Assembly (NCBI GenBank): GCA_034658835.1
Contig: JAYEGA010000074.1
Coordinates: forward strand, 1 to 40,116
Direction of reading: 5' to 3'
DNA length: 40,116 nt
From: Thermodesulfobacteriota bacterium
GTDB lineage: Bacteria; Desulfobacterota; Syntrophia; Syntrophales; JADFWA01
Shown here: in pieces, positions 24,759 through 33,026 of the stretch
Layout of the letters: every line of letters starts with the position of its first letter
Position numbering within the stretch: position 1 is the first letter of the stretch
Program-made: the position numbers and the translations under genes
The notes under the pieces: generated by a model
Told to the model about the DNA's origin: nothing
The model's input: the letters and a program-made list of their open reading frames with translations, nothing else
Databases searched by the model: none

Positions 24759-25253
24759 TTACTTAATCTCCACACTGGCTCCTACCTCTTCCAGTTTCTT
24801 CTTAATATCCTCAGCTTCATCTTTCAAAATAGCTTCTTTAACCGGCTTCGGCACACCATCGACCAAATTTTTAGCTTCTTTAAGCCCCAAACCTGTCAAT
24901 GCCCTGACAACCTTGATAACCTGGATTTTCTGGTCGCCAAACCCAGTAAGTACAACATCAAATTCACTCTTCTCTTCTGCCTGGACTACCTGCTCTGTCC
25001 CTGTAGCCACAGCAGCAACAGATACTGGTGCAGCCGCGGACACACCAAATTTTTCTTCCAATTCCTTTACAAGTTGCGACAGTTCAAGAACTGTCATCCC
25101 TTCAATAAATCTTACAACATCTTCTTTCGTTACTGTTTCTTTCGTTACTTTTTCTTTCGTTGCTTTTTCTTTTGTTACCTTTTCTTTCGCCGTTTCTTCT
25201 TTTGGTGTTTCTTCCTTTGTTACCTTCTCTTTTTCTACCTTTTCATCTGCCAT
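24759..25253 (-). CDS. rplL: 50S ribosomal protein L7/L12 with repetitive N-terminal extension
   Basis: [43 protein letters not shown]; 164 aa because of eight xxxKE repeats. Confidence 0.97.
   Translation of the reverse strand: MADEKVEKEKVTKEETPKEETAKEKVTKEKATKEKVTKETVTKEDVVRFIEGMTVLELSQLVKELEEKFGVSAAAPVSVAAVATGTEQVVQAEEKSEFDVVLTGFGDQKIQVIKVVRALTGLGLKEAKNLVDGVPKPVKEAILKDEAEDIKKKLEEVGASVEIK
25123..25242 (-). repeat. In-frame tandem repeat, 8 x 15 bp, encoding xxxKE pentapeptides in rplL
   Basis: Units such as TCTTTCGTTACTTTT on the + strand; protein [40 protein letters not shown]. Confidence 0.9.
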
Positions 25254-25277
25254 TTTTCTAATCCCTTCCTGTATGTT

Positions 25278-25790
25278 TTATTTCTTTGCCCGATAAGCAT
25301 CAAGAACTTGAACAAAGCTTCTCGGGACACCATTCAGCACATTAACCAGCGAAGCTTGCGTTGCCACCAACACAGAGAGAATCTTTCCAATGAGAACATC
25401 CCTACCTGGAAGCTGGGCCAGAACACTTATCTCTTCCTTACTTAAAAACTTACCGTCTAATATCCCGGCTTTAATTTCCATCTTCTCGTTCAGCTTGGCG
25501 AAATTAACAAGTGCCTTCGTCGGTTCAACCTCATCTTCATAACTTATAGCAATGGCGAGCGGTCCCTCAAAATACTCTTCCAGCACATCAAAGTCGGTAC
25601 CCTTAGAGGCAATTCCCAAGAGAGTATTCTTTGTCACCCTGAACTCTGTCGCGGATTTACGCAGCTCATTCCTTAACGAAGTAATCTTCTCAACATTCAT
25701 GCCGCTATAATCCACCAGAACCGCCAATCTCACATCTTTAAGTTTATCATGAAGATCTGCAACAACCCGTTCCTTAGTTTTTCGATCCAA
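25278..25790 (-). CDS. rplJ: 50S ribosomal protein L10
   Basis: DYSGMNV...LRNELR, VTKNTL, LAQLPGR; TTG start. Confidence 0.96.
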   Translation of the reverse strand: MDRKTKERVVADLHDKLKDVRLAVLVDYSGMNVEKITSLRNELRKSATEFRVTKNTLLGIASKGTDFDVLEEYFEGPLAIAISYEDEVEPTKALVNFAKLNEKMEIKAGILDGKFLSKEEISVLAQLPGRDVLIGKILSVLVATQASLVNVLNGVPRSFVQVLDAYRAKK

Positions 25791-25881
25791 CTATCTCCAA
25801 CCCCCTTTCTTTTTCTGAATTTCAAAAAATTCGAAAGCCAAGAAACAACTATACAGGAAAAAATATTGAATTACCTAATCG

Positions 25882-25940
25882 TTCGTCTCGGCAGGCCGAT
25901 TCAAATCATTTAAACATCCTGTACCCGCTGTCTCTGACTT
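25882..25940 (-). promoter_or_regulatory. L10 leader (L10-L12 autoregulatory RNA) upstream of rplJ
   Basis: Minus strand AGACAGCGGG...TTTAA...CCTGCCGAGAC resembles the L10 leader core and sits in the rplA-rplJ spacer. Confidence 0.7.
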
Positions 25941-25943
25941 ATT

Positions 25944-26006
25944 TATCAACTATCAATAATCAGCCATCAGCAAAAATAATTTTTCTTTACCTCGCTGACA
26001 GCTGAG
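25944..26006. repeat. Heptamer inverted repeat between the rplA stop and the L10 leader
   Basis: TATCAAC TATCAAT AATCAGC CATCAGC ... GCTGACA GCTGAG. Confidence 0.6.
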
Positions 26007-26015
26007 TGCGAACAA

Positions 26016-26720
26016 TCATCTCAAAAGATTTCTGACATTCAGGGGATCCACCTTTATCCCTGGACCCATAGTGGTAGAAAGTGATATGTTTTTTAGATAT
26101 GTTCCTTTGCTCGATGCCGGTTTCAGCTTTATAATAGTTTCCACTAATGTTAGAATATTTTCTGATAATTTATCTGCCCCAAAAGAAACCTTTCCTACTG
26201 GACTATGTATAATTCCTCCTTTTTCTACTCTGAACTCAATCTTGCCTGCCTTAAGTTCTTTTACAACTCTCCCTACATCAAAGGTTACAGTTCCGACCTT
26301 CGGATTCGGCATTAATCCACGCGGGCCCAAGAGTTTCCCAAGTTTTCCCACACTACCCATCATATCAGGAGTAGCAACAACTCTGTCAAACTCGAACCAT
26401 CCCCCCTTTATCTTTTCAATTATGTCATCAGAACCAATAATATCAGCTCCTGCCTCAAGGGCTTCCTTTTCTTTATCACCCTTTGCAAAAACAAGCACCC
26501 TTACAGATTTCCCCAAGCCGTTAGGAAGACCCACACTCCCCCTGACCATCTGATCGGCATGCCTTGGATTCACACCCAACCTGATGGCTGCATCGACAGT
26601 CTCATCAAACTTCACCCTCGAGGTACTTACAACCAGTTCCAAAGCTTCCTTCAGGGCATATTTCTCCCCGGTTTCAACTTTCTCCTTCGCCTCTAAAAAA
26701 CTTTTACCTTGCTTGGACAT
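26016..26720 (-). CDS. rplA: 50S ribosomal protein L1
   Basis: [34 protein letters not shown]; likely start ATG 26720. Confidence 0.97.
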   Translation of the reverse strand: MSKQGKSFLEAKEKVETGEKYALKEALELVVSTSRVKFDETVDAAIRLGVNPRHADQMVRGSVGLPNGLGKSVRVLVFAKGDKEKEALEAGADIIGSDDIIEKIKGGWFEFDRVVATPDMMGSVGKLGKLLGPRGLMPNPKVGTVTFDVGRVVKELKAGKIEFRVEKGGIIHSPVGKVSFGADKLSENILTLVETIIKLKPASSKGTYLKNISLSTTMGPGIKVDPLNVRNLLR

Positions 26721-26766
26721 TATATTACTCAACCCCTTCTATCTTGTGCCCATCCGGAAATGGACA

Positions 26767-27192
26767 CTATCTCGCAATTTCAATCCCCATAGACCTCGCC
26801 GTTCCCTCTACAATTTTTACAGCCCCTGATATATCCAGGGCATTCAGGTCATCATATTTTAACTCGGCAATTTCCTTCACCTGTTTTGCTGTTACTACCC
26901 CTACTTTCTCTCTTTTTGGATCTCTGGAACCCTTCGCAATCTTGGCTGCCTGCTTGAGAAGAACAGAAGTCGGCGGCGTTTTGGTAATGAAAGTAAAGGA
27001 TCTATCAGCATATACAGTTATTACTACAGGTATAATCATCCCTTCTTCATTCTGCGTCATGGCATTATATGCCTTGCAGAACTCCATAATATTCACTCCA
27101 TGTTGACCCAGGGCCGGCCCTATAGGTGGTGACGGAGAAGCTTTCCCCGCCTGAATTTGAAGTTTTATGCTTGCTATAACCTTCTTTGCCAT
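26767..27192 (-). CDS. rplK: 50S ribosomal protein L11
   Basis: [33 protein letters not shown]; start ATG 27192. Confidence 0.97.
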   Translation of the reverse strand: MAKKVIASIKLQIQAGKASPSPPIGPALGQHGVNIMEFCKAYNAMTQNEEGMIIPVVITVYADRSFTFITKTPPTSVLLKQAAKIAKGSRDPKREKVGVVTAKQVKEIAELKYDDLNALDISGAVKIVEGTARSMGIEIAR

Positions 27193-27210
27193 TCTGATCA
27201 CCCTGTCTTC

Positions 27211-27266
27211 GAGTTTAAAGTTTAAAGTTTCAGGTTTTTAACTTCAGGGTTGAAACTTTAAACCTT
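27211..27266. repeat. Heptamer inverted repeat in the nusG-rplK spacer
   Basis: GAGTTTA AAGTTTA AAGTTTC AGGTTTT; perfect 13-bp stem GTTTAAAGTTTCA (27220-27232) / TGAAACTTTAAAC (27251-27263). Confidence 0.65.
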
Positions 27267-27275
27267 TCGTTAAAA

Positions 27276-27806
27276 TTAATTTTGAACAACTTGTATAAAA
27301 TCTAATTCCACAGGCGTTGACCTGCCAAAAATACTAACAATAACTCTTAATTTTCCCTTCTCGGGTTTAACCTCGTCAACCATTCCATCGAAGTTTGTAA
27401 ATGGACCATCTATAATTCTCACATGATCCCCAACTTCAAACTCATATTTAGGTTTAGGTTTCAAGGTTCCTTCATCTATCTTGGTCTTCAGTAATTCAAC
27501 ATCTTCATCCGGTATCGGAGTCGGCCTATCTTTACTTCCGATAAATCCAGTAACTTTGGGAGTATCCTTTACTATATGCCAGGCTTCATCGCTCATCTCC
27601 ATTCTTATAAGTATATAACAGGGAAAGAATTTCCTTTTGGAGGTTTTTTTATCACCACTAACCAGCTCGACGACATTCTCCTCCGGCACAAGAATATCAG
27701 AAAAATGTTCCTGCATACCTGCGGTTTCTATTCTCTCCTGCATGGAAAGCTTGACTTTATTTTCAAAACCCGAATATGTGTGAATGACATACCATTTAAA
27801 CGCCAT
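27276..27806 (-). CDS. nusG: Transcription termination/antitermination factor NusG
   Basis: WYVIHTYSGFE, TPKVTGF, KOW domain DGPF..F.G, IFGRSTPVEL. Confidence 0.97.
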   Translation of the reverse strand: MAFKWYVIHTYSGFENKVKLSMQERIETAGMQEHFSDILVPEENVVELVSGDKKTSKRKFFPCYILIRMEMSDEAWHIVKDTPKVTGFIGSKDRPTPIPDEDVELLKTKIDEGTLKPKPKYEFEVGDHVRIIDGPFTNFDGMVDEVKPEKGKLRVIVSIFGRSTPVELDFIQVVQN

Positions 27807-27810
27807 ATAT

Positions 27811-28002
27811 TTAACCCATGAACAATCTTAATATCTTAGTAAGTCCAAAATCTACAATGCCGAGGAATAGGGACACAATGATAACGAAGACAACAACGAC
27901 AGATGTGGAGGCTAAAGCCTGCTTCGGTGTCGGCCATACAACCTTTTTCAGTTCAACTTTCGCCTCTTTCAAGAACTGCTTTATTTTTTGTATTCTATTC
28001 AT
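27811..28002 (-). CDS. secE: Preprotein translocase subunit SecE
   Basis: ELKKVVWPT followed by one transmembrane helix; between tRNA-Trp and nusG. Confidence 0.95.
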   Translation of the reverse strand: MNRIQKIKQFLKEAKVELKKVVWPTPKQALASTSVVVVFVIIVSLFLGIVDFGLTKILRLFMG

Positions 28003-28040
28003 TAATGTTTCTGCTGAACTTATTTCAATAACAATGAAAA

Positions 28041-28118
28041 TGGCAGGCCAGGAGGGACTCGAACCCCCAGCATCCGGATTTGGAGTCCGGCGCTCTATCC
28101 AATTAGAGCTACTGGCCC
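28041..28118 (-). tRNA. tRNA-Trp (CCA)
   Basis: Cloverleaf GGGCCAG...CCGGA-CTCCAAA-TCCGG...GGTTCGAGTCC...CTGGCCTGCCA. Confidence 0.95.
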
Positions 28119-28169
28119 GTATCCCGTGTATATGGGACTTATCTTAAAACAGGATGTGCCCCACGTTAA

Positions 28170-28319
28170 CTACTTTGTTTCCTTGTGAACAGTATGCACC
28201 CGGCAAAATTTACAATATTTTTTTAACTCAAGACGATCCTGCATCGTCCTCTTGTTTTTCGTCGTCGTATAATTTCTTTGCTTACATTGCGTACAAGCCA
28301 AGGTAATTATGTTTCTCAT
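28170..28319 (-). CDS. rpmG: 50S ribosomal protein L33 (Zn-binding type)
   Basis: Manual translation [49 protein letters not shown] (49 aa); below the ORF-track size cutoff. Confidence 0.95.
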   Translation of the reverse strand: MRNIITLACTQCKQRNYTTTKNKRTMQDRLELKKYCKFCRVHTVHKETK

Positions 28320-28341
28320 TGCAAACCAACTCTCTCTAAAA

Positions 28342-28417
28342 TGGAGCCCACGACCAGGATTGAACTGGTGACCTCATCCTTACCAAGGATGTGCTCTACC
28401 GACTGAGCTACGTGGGC
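28342..28417 (-). tRNA. tRNA-Thr (GGT)
   Basis: GCCCACGTAGCTCAG...ATCCT-TGGTA-AGGAT...GTTCAATC...CGTGGGCTCCA. Confidence 0.95.
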
Positions 28418-28433
28418 CGGTTAGGGTTTAAGG

Positions 28434-28509
28434 TGGAGCGGGAAACGGGATTCGAACCCGCGACCCTCAGCTTGGAAGGCTGATGCTCTAGCCACTGAGC
28501 TACTCCCGC
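28434..28509 (-). tRNA. tRNA-Gly (TCC)
   Basis: GCGGGAGTAGCTCAG...TCAGC-CTTCCAA-GCTGA...GGTTCGAATCC...TCCCGCTCCA. Confidence 0.95.
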
Positions 28510-28512
28510 TTC

Positions 28513-28663
28513 GAGACCTCTGCAAAACGTCCCCTTCTGCCCAATCTCTCTGCCTGTGCGTGTCCACACGCAGACAGGTGCGTCAGATTCATCCGCCGCA
28601 GGTGGACTCAAAATACTCATCTCCCTTGACCTTGAACAAAATTGAACATTTTGCAAAGGTCTC
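28513..28663. mobile_element. MITE-like element (about 150 bp) in the tRNA-Tyr/tRNA-Gly spacer
   Basis: Terminal inverted repeats GAGACCTCTGCAAAACGT / GAGACCTTTGCAAAATGT (16/18); no credible ORF; nested small palindromes inside. Confidence 0.65.
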
Positions 28664-28669
28664 GCTTTA

Positions 28670-28754
<85 letters not shown>

Positions 28755-28761
28755 CCGGAAC

Positions 28762-28837
28762 TGGAGCTGGCGATGGGACTCGAACCCGCGACCTGCTGAT
28801 TACAAATCAGCTGCTCTACCTGTTGAGCTACGCCAGC
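28762..28837 (-). tRNA. tRNA-Thr (TGT)
   Basis: GCTGGCGTAGCTCAAC...GCTGA-TTTGTAA-TCAGC...GGTTCGAGTCC...CGCCAGCTCCA. Confidence 0.93.
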
Positions 28838-28875
28838 AATCCTCCAAACAATAGACCTGCGAATAAGAACTTAAT

Positions 28876-28904
28876 ATGATAATATTTAAAATATAGCTTG
28901 TCAA
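28876..28904 (-). promoter_or_regulatory. Sigma70 promoter of the tRNA/ribosomal superoperon
   Basis: TTGACA-N17-TATCAT on the minus strand about 40 nt before tRNA-Thr, with an A-tract upstream of -35. Confidence 0.75.
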
Positions 28905-28946
28905 GATTTTTTTGGTTCTTATTCCATGACAATTAAGAGTAACCTC

Positions 28947-31469
28947 TCATAATTCGGAAAGGCCCTGTGAGCTGTCATGAAAGATGGTATCCGTCTTTAT
29001 TACTCGAGCTATCCTTGTCACGTCATTGTCCAGACCAATGACCTGCGCAAGTATCTCAGATGGTTTAACTCCCCAGTCCTTTCCGAAAAGTAGCGACACT
29101 TTGATCCTGTTATCTGTCCTGTCAAAAAAAAGGGTATTGACAATGGGACGTATGTTTCTCTTAATCTGTTTTCCTTTCTTTTCCCGTAATATAATGAACT
29201 CATCTGACCTGAGAAAAGTTTCTATTTTCTTATCTAATAATCCCCCCCATTCCCCCTTTTCCAAGGGGATCTTTTCAGGAAGAATTATCTCATATTTGAA
29301 CCCCTTTATAATCTTGGACAATGAATCAGTATTCGGCTGTATTTCTCTGATATTCACAATTTTCAGCCCGGAAGGGAGAAAGGAATTTGCCTTTTCTGTG
29401 AGCCTTTCTATATCCTCACCGGGTTTTTCAATTTGAATGTCCGCATATTCGCCCAGACTTTCCATTCCCACAGAAGTCGCAAATGGAAAGGACATCTTTG
29501 GATGAGGGTGAAAACCCTTTGAATATATAAAGGAAATGCCACTTTGTTTTATCCCTCTGATGAGAGCGGATGAGGTCTCAAGATGGGACAGAAGCCGGGA
29601 AGTTCCCTCCTTGGCAAATTTGATCCTGAATTTCTTTGGCTCCCTGGGTGAGTCCTCTTTTTTTGCCTCCACTTTCTTCTTTCCGACGGTATCTGCACTA
29701 TCTTTGGCTGTAATGATTTTTACTCGATCATGGTCACAGACACCGCAATTATGACATGTCCCGAAGCGGCAGTCTGCCGTCAATTCTTCCCCCAGTGATT
29801 TTTGGAGTTCTTTCGTCAAAAAATCCTTATTTATACCGCAGTCTATTCGATCCCAGGGAAGTTCTTCTGTGATGTTCCGTTCCCGCATGTAATCCTCGAT
29901 CCTGATACCTGTCTCCCTTATGGCCTGCTCCCACAGGTTAAACTTAAGCCGATCGCTCCAACCGTCGAAGCGACAGCCCAGGCGGAAGGCACTTTCCAGC
30001 AAGGTGCTCAGCCTTTCGTCTCCCCTCGAAAATATCCCCTCAAGGAGACTCATCCGGCCATCATGCCATTTTATCTTTAGATTTCTGTTCTGAATAGTCT
30101 TTTTAAGTAACTCCTGCCTTTCCAGTATCTCTCCCAGACCTATCTGCCTGCACCACTGAAACGGTGTGTGCGGTTTTGGTACAAAAGTGGAAAGGCTCAC
30201 GGTAACCTGTCGCCTGTTTTCCCCCTCTCGAAACACTCTGTAGGTGAGGTCGACTATACCATTTAAGTCTTCTCTCCTTTCACCGGGAAGCCCCAGCATA
30301 AAATACAACTTTATCGATCTCCAACCCGCATCAAAAACTTTTCTTGTGGTGGAAAGGAGATCCTCCTCGGTATTGCCCTTGTTTATTACGTTCCGCAGCC
30401 TCTGTGTCCCCGCCTCCGGTGCCAGGGTAAAACTTGTTTTTCTGACCCTCTTTATTTCCTCTATCAATTTTTGGGTAAGTGTTTCCACCCTCATGGACGG
30501 GAGGGCAAGTGCCACTCTTTTCTCATAATAACGGTTCATCAATTCTGTAAGGAGATCTTCGATCATGGAATAATCACCGGAGCTCAGGGATAGAAGTGAT
30601 AATTCGTCGTGCCCTGTTGAAGAGAGCATCTCATCCGCCATTTTTACCAGTATTTCAGGTAATCTTTCCCTGCCTGGCCGCCAGACCATTCCTGCCTGAC
30701 AGAATCGACATCCCCGCGTACAACCCCTTGCTATTTCAAGGGTAACACGGTCATGAATCGTCTTCATCAAAGGAACCACCGGACTAAAGGGAACAGACCA
30801 TCGATTAATATCGGATACAATTCTTTTTTTTATCCTTTCTCCCTGAGTATGTACGGTGGGGACGTAAATACCCTCAATTGCGGCGAGTAACTCGAGGAGT
30901 CGTTCTCTTTTATACCCTTTTTTCTTCCCTTCCATCACGGCCTGCGAGATTTCCAGGATTACCTCTTCACCCTCTCCGATAACAAACGCATCAAAGAATG
31001 CGGATACCGGCACAGGATTAAAGGTACAGGGGCCCCCTCCAATAACCAGTGGGGCTCCCTTCTTTCTATCCCTGGCGTATGTCGGAATTCCTCCAAGCTC
31101 CAGCATGTTCAGAACGTTTGTATAGGACAGCTCATATTGAAGGGAAAACCCGACGATATCAAAATCCTTCAAGGGAATATGCGATTCAAGAGAGGAAAGC
31201 TGAATATTATTCTTCCTCATCTGGAATTCCATATCCGGCCATGGAGAGTAAAACCTTTCCGCGGAAATCTCGGGGACACTGTTCAGAATAGCATAGAGTA
31301 TCTGCAGACCGAGATGGGACATTCCCACTTCGTAGGTATCGGGGAAGGCCAGTGCGAAGCTCAACTTGCATCTTGACCTTTCTTTTCTTATAGAATTTAC
31401 TTCTCCCCCGATATATCTGCTTGGTTTCTCAACCAGGGGGAGTATATCTTTCCATAATTCAGAATTCAT
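28947..31469 (-). CDS. B12-binding radical SAM protein (TIGR03960-like) fused to a C-terminal radical-SAM-linked domain (TIGR03936-like)
   Basis: KPSRYIGGE, FPDTYEVGMSHLG, CxxxCxxC (GCTRGCRFC), APEAG, FVPKPHTPFQW; C-terminal LSHLE...YSKGFHPHP. Confidence 0.85.
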   Translation of the reverse strand: MNSELWKDILPLVEKPSRYIGGEVNSIRKERSRCKLSFALAFPDTYEVGMSHLGLQILYAILNSVPEISAERFYSPWPDMEFQMRKNNIQLSSLESHIPLKDFDIVGFSLQYELSYTNVLNMLELGGIPTYARDRKKGAPLVIGGGPCTFNPVPVSAFFDAFVIGEGEEVILEISQAVMEGKKKGYKRERLLELLAAIEGIYVPTVHTQGERIKKRIVSDINRWSVPFSPVVPLMKTIHDRVTLEIARGCTRGCRFCQAGMVWRPGRERLPEILVKMADEMLSSTGHDELSLLSLSSGDYSMIEDLLTELMNRYYEKRVALALPSMRVETLTQKLIEEIKRVRKTSFTLAPEAGTQRLRNVINKGNTEEDLLSTTRKVFDAGWRSIKLYFMLGLPGERREDLNGIVDLTYRVFREGENRRQVTVSLSTFVPKPHTPFQWCRQIGLGEILERQELLKKTIQNRNLKIKWHDGRMSLLEGIFSRGDERLSTLLESAFRLGCRFDGWSDRLKFNLWEQAIRETGIRIEDYMRERNITEELPWDRIDCGINKDFLTKELQKSLGEELTADCRFGTCHNCGVCDHDRVKIITAKDSADTVGKKKVEAKKEDSPREPKKFRIKFAKEGTSRLLSHLETSSALIRGIKQSGISFIYSKGFHPHPKMSFPFATSVGMESLGEYADIQIEKPGEDIERLTEKANSFLPSGLKIVNIREIQPNTDSLSKIIKGFKYEIILPEKIPLEKGEWGGLLDKKIETFLRSDEFIILREKKGKQIKRNIRPIVNTLFFDRTDNRIKVSLLFGKDWGVKPSEILAQVIGLDNDVTRIARVIKTDTIFHDSSQGLSEL

Positions 31470-32395
31470 TAAATGTTCAGATTTTCGAATGTTTTCTTCA
31501 CGACATCTGCTGATTGCCTGAGGGCGGCCAGTTCATCATCAGAAAGGTCTATTTCGTATATCTTCTCCACACCCGTTGCACCCAACCTTATCGGGGCACC
31601 AACATAAACACCATCTATGCCGTACTCACCTTCGAGATAGACCGAGGCCGGAAGGATTCTCTTGCTATCCATAAGTATCGCCTCTACCATTACTAAAGTA
31701 GAAGAAGACGGGGCATGCCATGCACTACCGGTCTTCAGGAGCTTTACGATTTCCGCCCCACCATCTTTTGTTCTTTGAATAATAGCCTGAACCCTTTCGG
31801 GTTTTATAAACCGGCTGACAGGCATGCCGTTTAAGGTTGTATATCTGTCAACCGGTACCATTGCATCACCATGACCCCCCAGCACCAGAGCCTGAACATC
31901 CCTTATGGATACATTGAGCTCCTCGGCCAGAAACAATTTGTATCTCGCCGTGTCGAGAACTCCTCCCATACCAATGACCCTGTGTGCCGGGAAGCCTGAA
32001 ACCTTCCAGGCAAGATGGGTCATTACATCAAGTGGATTTGTGATCATGACAATCATGCATTCGGGAGTATGTTTTTTTATTATTTCTGTCACCGACTTTA
32101 TGATATTCCCATTCTTCTCCGCCAGTTCTTCCCGGCTCATTCCCGGTGTGCGGGCCAAGCCTGCGGTAACTACGACTACCCGCGAATCCTTGATTTCAGA
32201 AAAGTCATTGGTACCTTTTATTTTGACATCGATTCCCTCAAGCGATGCGGCCTGGGAAATATCAAGGGCCTTCCCCTGAGGAAGCCCTTCTATAATGTCA
32301 ACAAGAACAACATCTGCCAGATTCTTCTCGGCAATCCTCTGGGCAACCATGGTACCAACGAAGCCAGCCCCGATAATAGAAACTTTGTTTCTCAT
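31469..32395 (-). CDS. mdh: Malate dehydrogenase (LDH-like)
   Basis: IIGAGFVG Rossmann motif, TAGLARTPGMSR with the MDH-type Arg, TNPLD, LDTAR, LGGHGD, GGAEIV. Confidence 0.93.
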   Translation of the reverse strand: MRNKVSIIGAGFVGTMVAQRIAEKNLADVVLVDIIEGLPQGKALDISQAASLEGIDVKIKGTNDFSEIKDSRVVVVTAGLARTPGMSREELAEKNGNIIKSVTEIIKKHTPECMIVMITNPLDVMTHLAWKVSGFPAHRVIGMGGVLDTARYKLFLAEELNVSIRDVQALVLGGHGDAMVPVDRYTTLNGMPVSRFIKPERVQAIIQRTKDGGAEIVKLLKTGSAWHAPSSSTLVMVEAILMDSKRILPASVYLEGEYGIDGVYVGAPIRLGATGVEKIYEIDLSDDELAALRQSADVVKKTFENLNI

Positions 32396-32553
32396 ACGAC
32401 TATTCTCCTTTTGTTTTTATACGATTTTATCAAAGAAATTTTCCATATCACAAAAGAAATGTAGAGGAAAGGACTGTTTTAAGAACGTAAATCGAAAAAC
32501 CACCAACTCCATTACCTGGCAGTACCTGCACCGACAGGTGTCTATCAAAACTA

Positions 32554-32582
32554 TTGACAGTGTTGGGAAAAAAAGGTACTTT
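32554..32582 (+). promoter_or_regulatory. Putative sigma70 promoter of the PilZ-pgpA-cinA-thpR-recA cluster
   Basis: TTGACA-N17-TACTTT about 45 nt before the PilZ start. Confidence 0.6.
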
Positions 32583-32626
32583 ACTTGCAAAATCCGGGTA
32601 AAAGCTGATAGCTGAAAGGCTTAAAT

Positions 32627-33004
32627 ATGTTCTTTAAAGGTAAGGAACGCAGGCTTAATAAAAGACACGTTGTTTGTTGGGATGCCATCCTTGAGGTAAA
32701 TTTTCCTGATTTTCAGGCCCAGATACAGGTAAAGGTTGTAAATTTTTCTATTGGAGGCGCCCTTCTCCACTCTGAACAACTTTCTGTGGATAATCGACAT
32801 TTGGTTATTTCAGATATAAACCCCGAATTAAAATTGAAAATTTTCTTGCCTGAGACGGTTCTGGAATCAAGGATAGAGGTTCAGTGGTACAATGTATTAC
32901 CAGGAAAAAATATTTTCGAAATTGGTGTTAACTTCATAAATTTTCTAGAAGAGATTCATATTTCTGTTGATGAATTAATTAAGATTATAGAGGAAAGTAA
33001 CTGA
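32627..33004 (+). CDS. PilZ-domain (c-di-GMP-binding) protein
   Basis: RxxxR (ERRLNKRH) and NxSxxG (NFSIGG) motifs; ends ...IGVNF. Confidence 0.8.
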   Translation: MFFKGKERRLNKRHVVCWDAILEVNFPDFQAQIQVKVVNFSIGGALLHSEQLSVDNRHLVISDINPELKLKIFLPETVLESRIEVQWYNVLPGKNIFEIGVNFINFLEEIHISVDELIKIIEESN

Positions 33005-33026
33005 CGAAAAACAGAAGGAGTGCTTT

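Noticed and set aside
24735-25445. 236-aa plus-strand ORF with Phe/Cys-rich repeats
   Set aside because: Antisense shadow of rplL/rplJ; the repeats are the reverse complement of the xxxKE array
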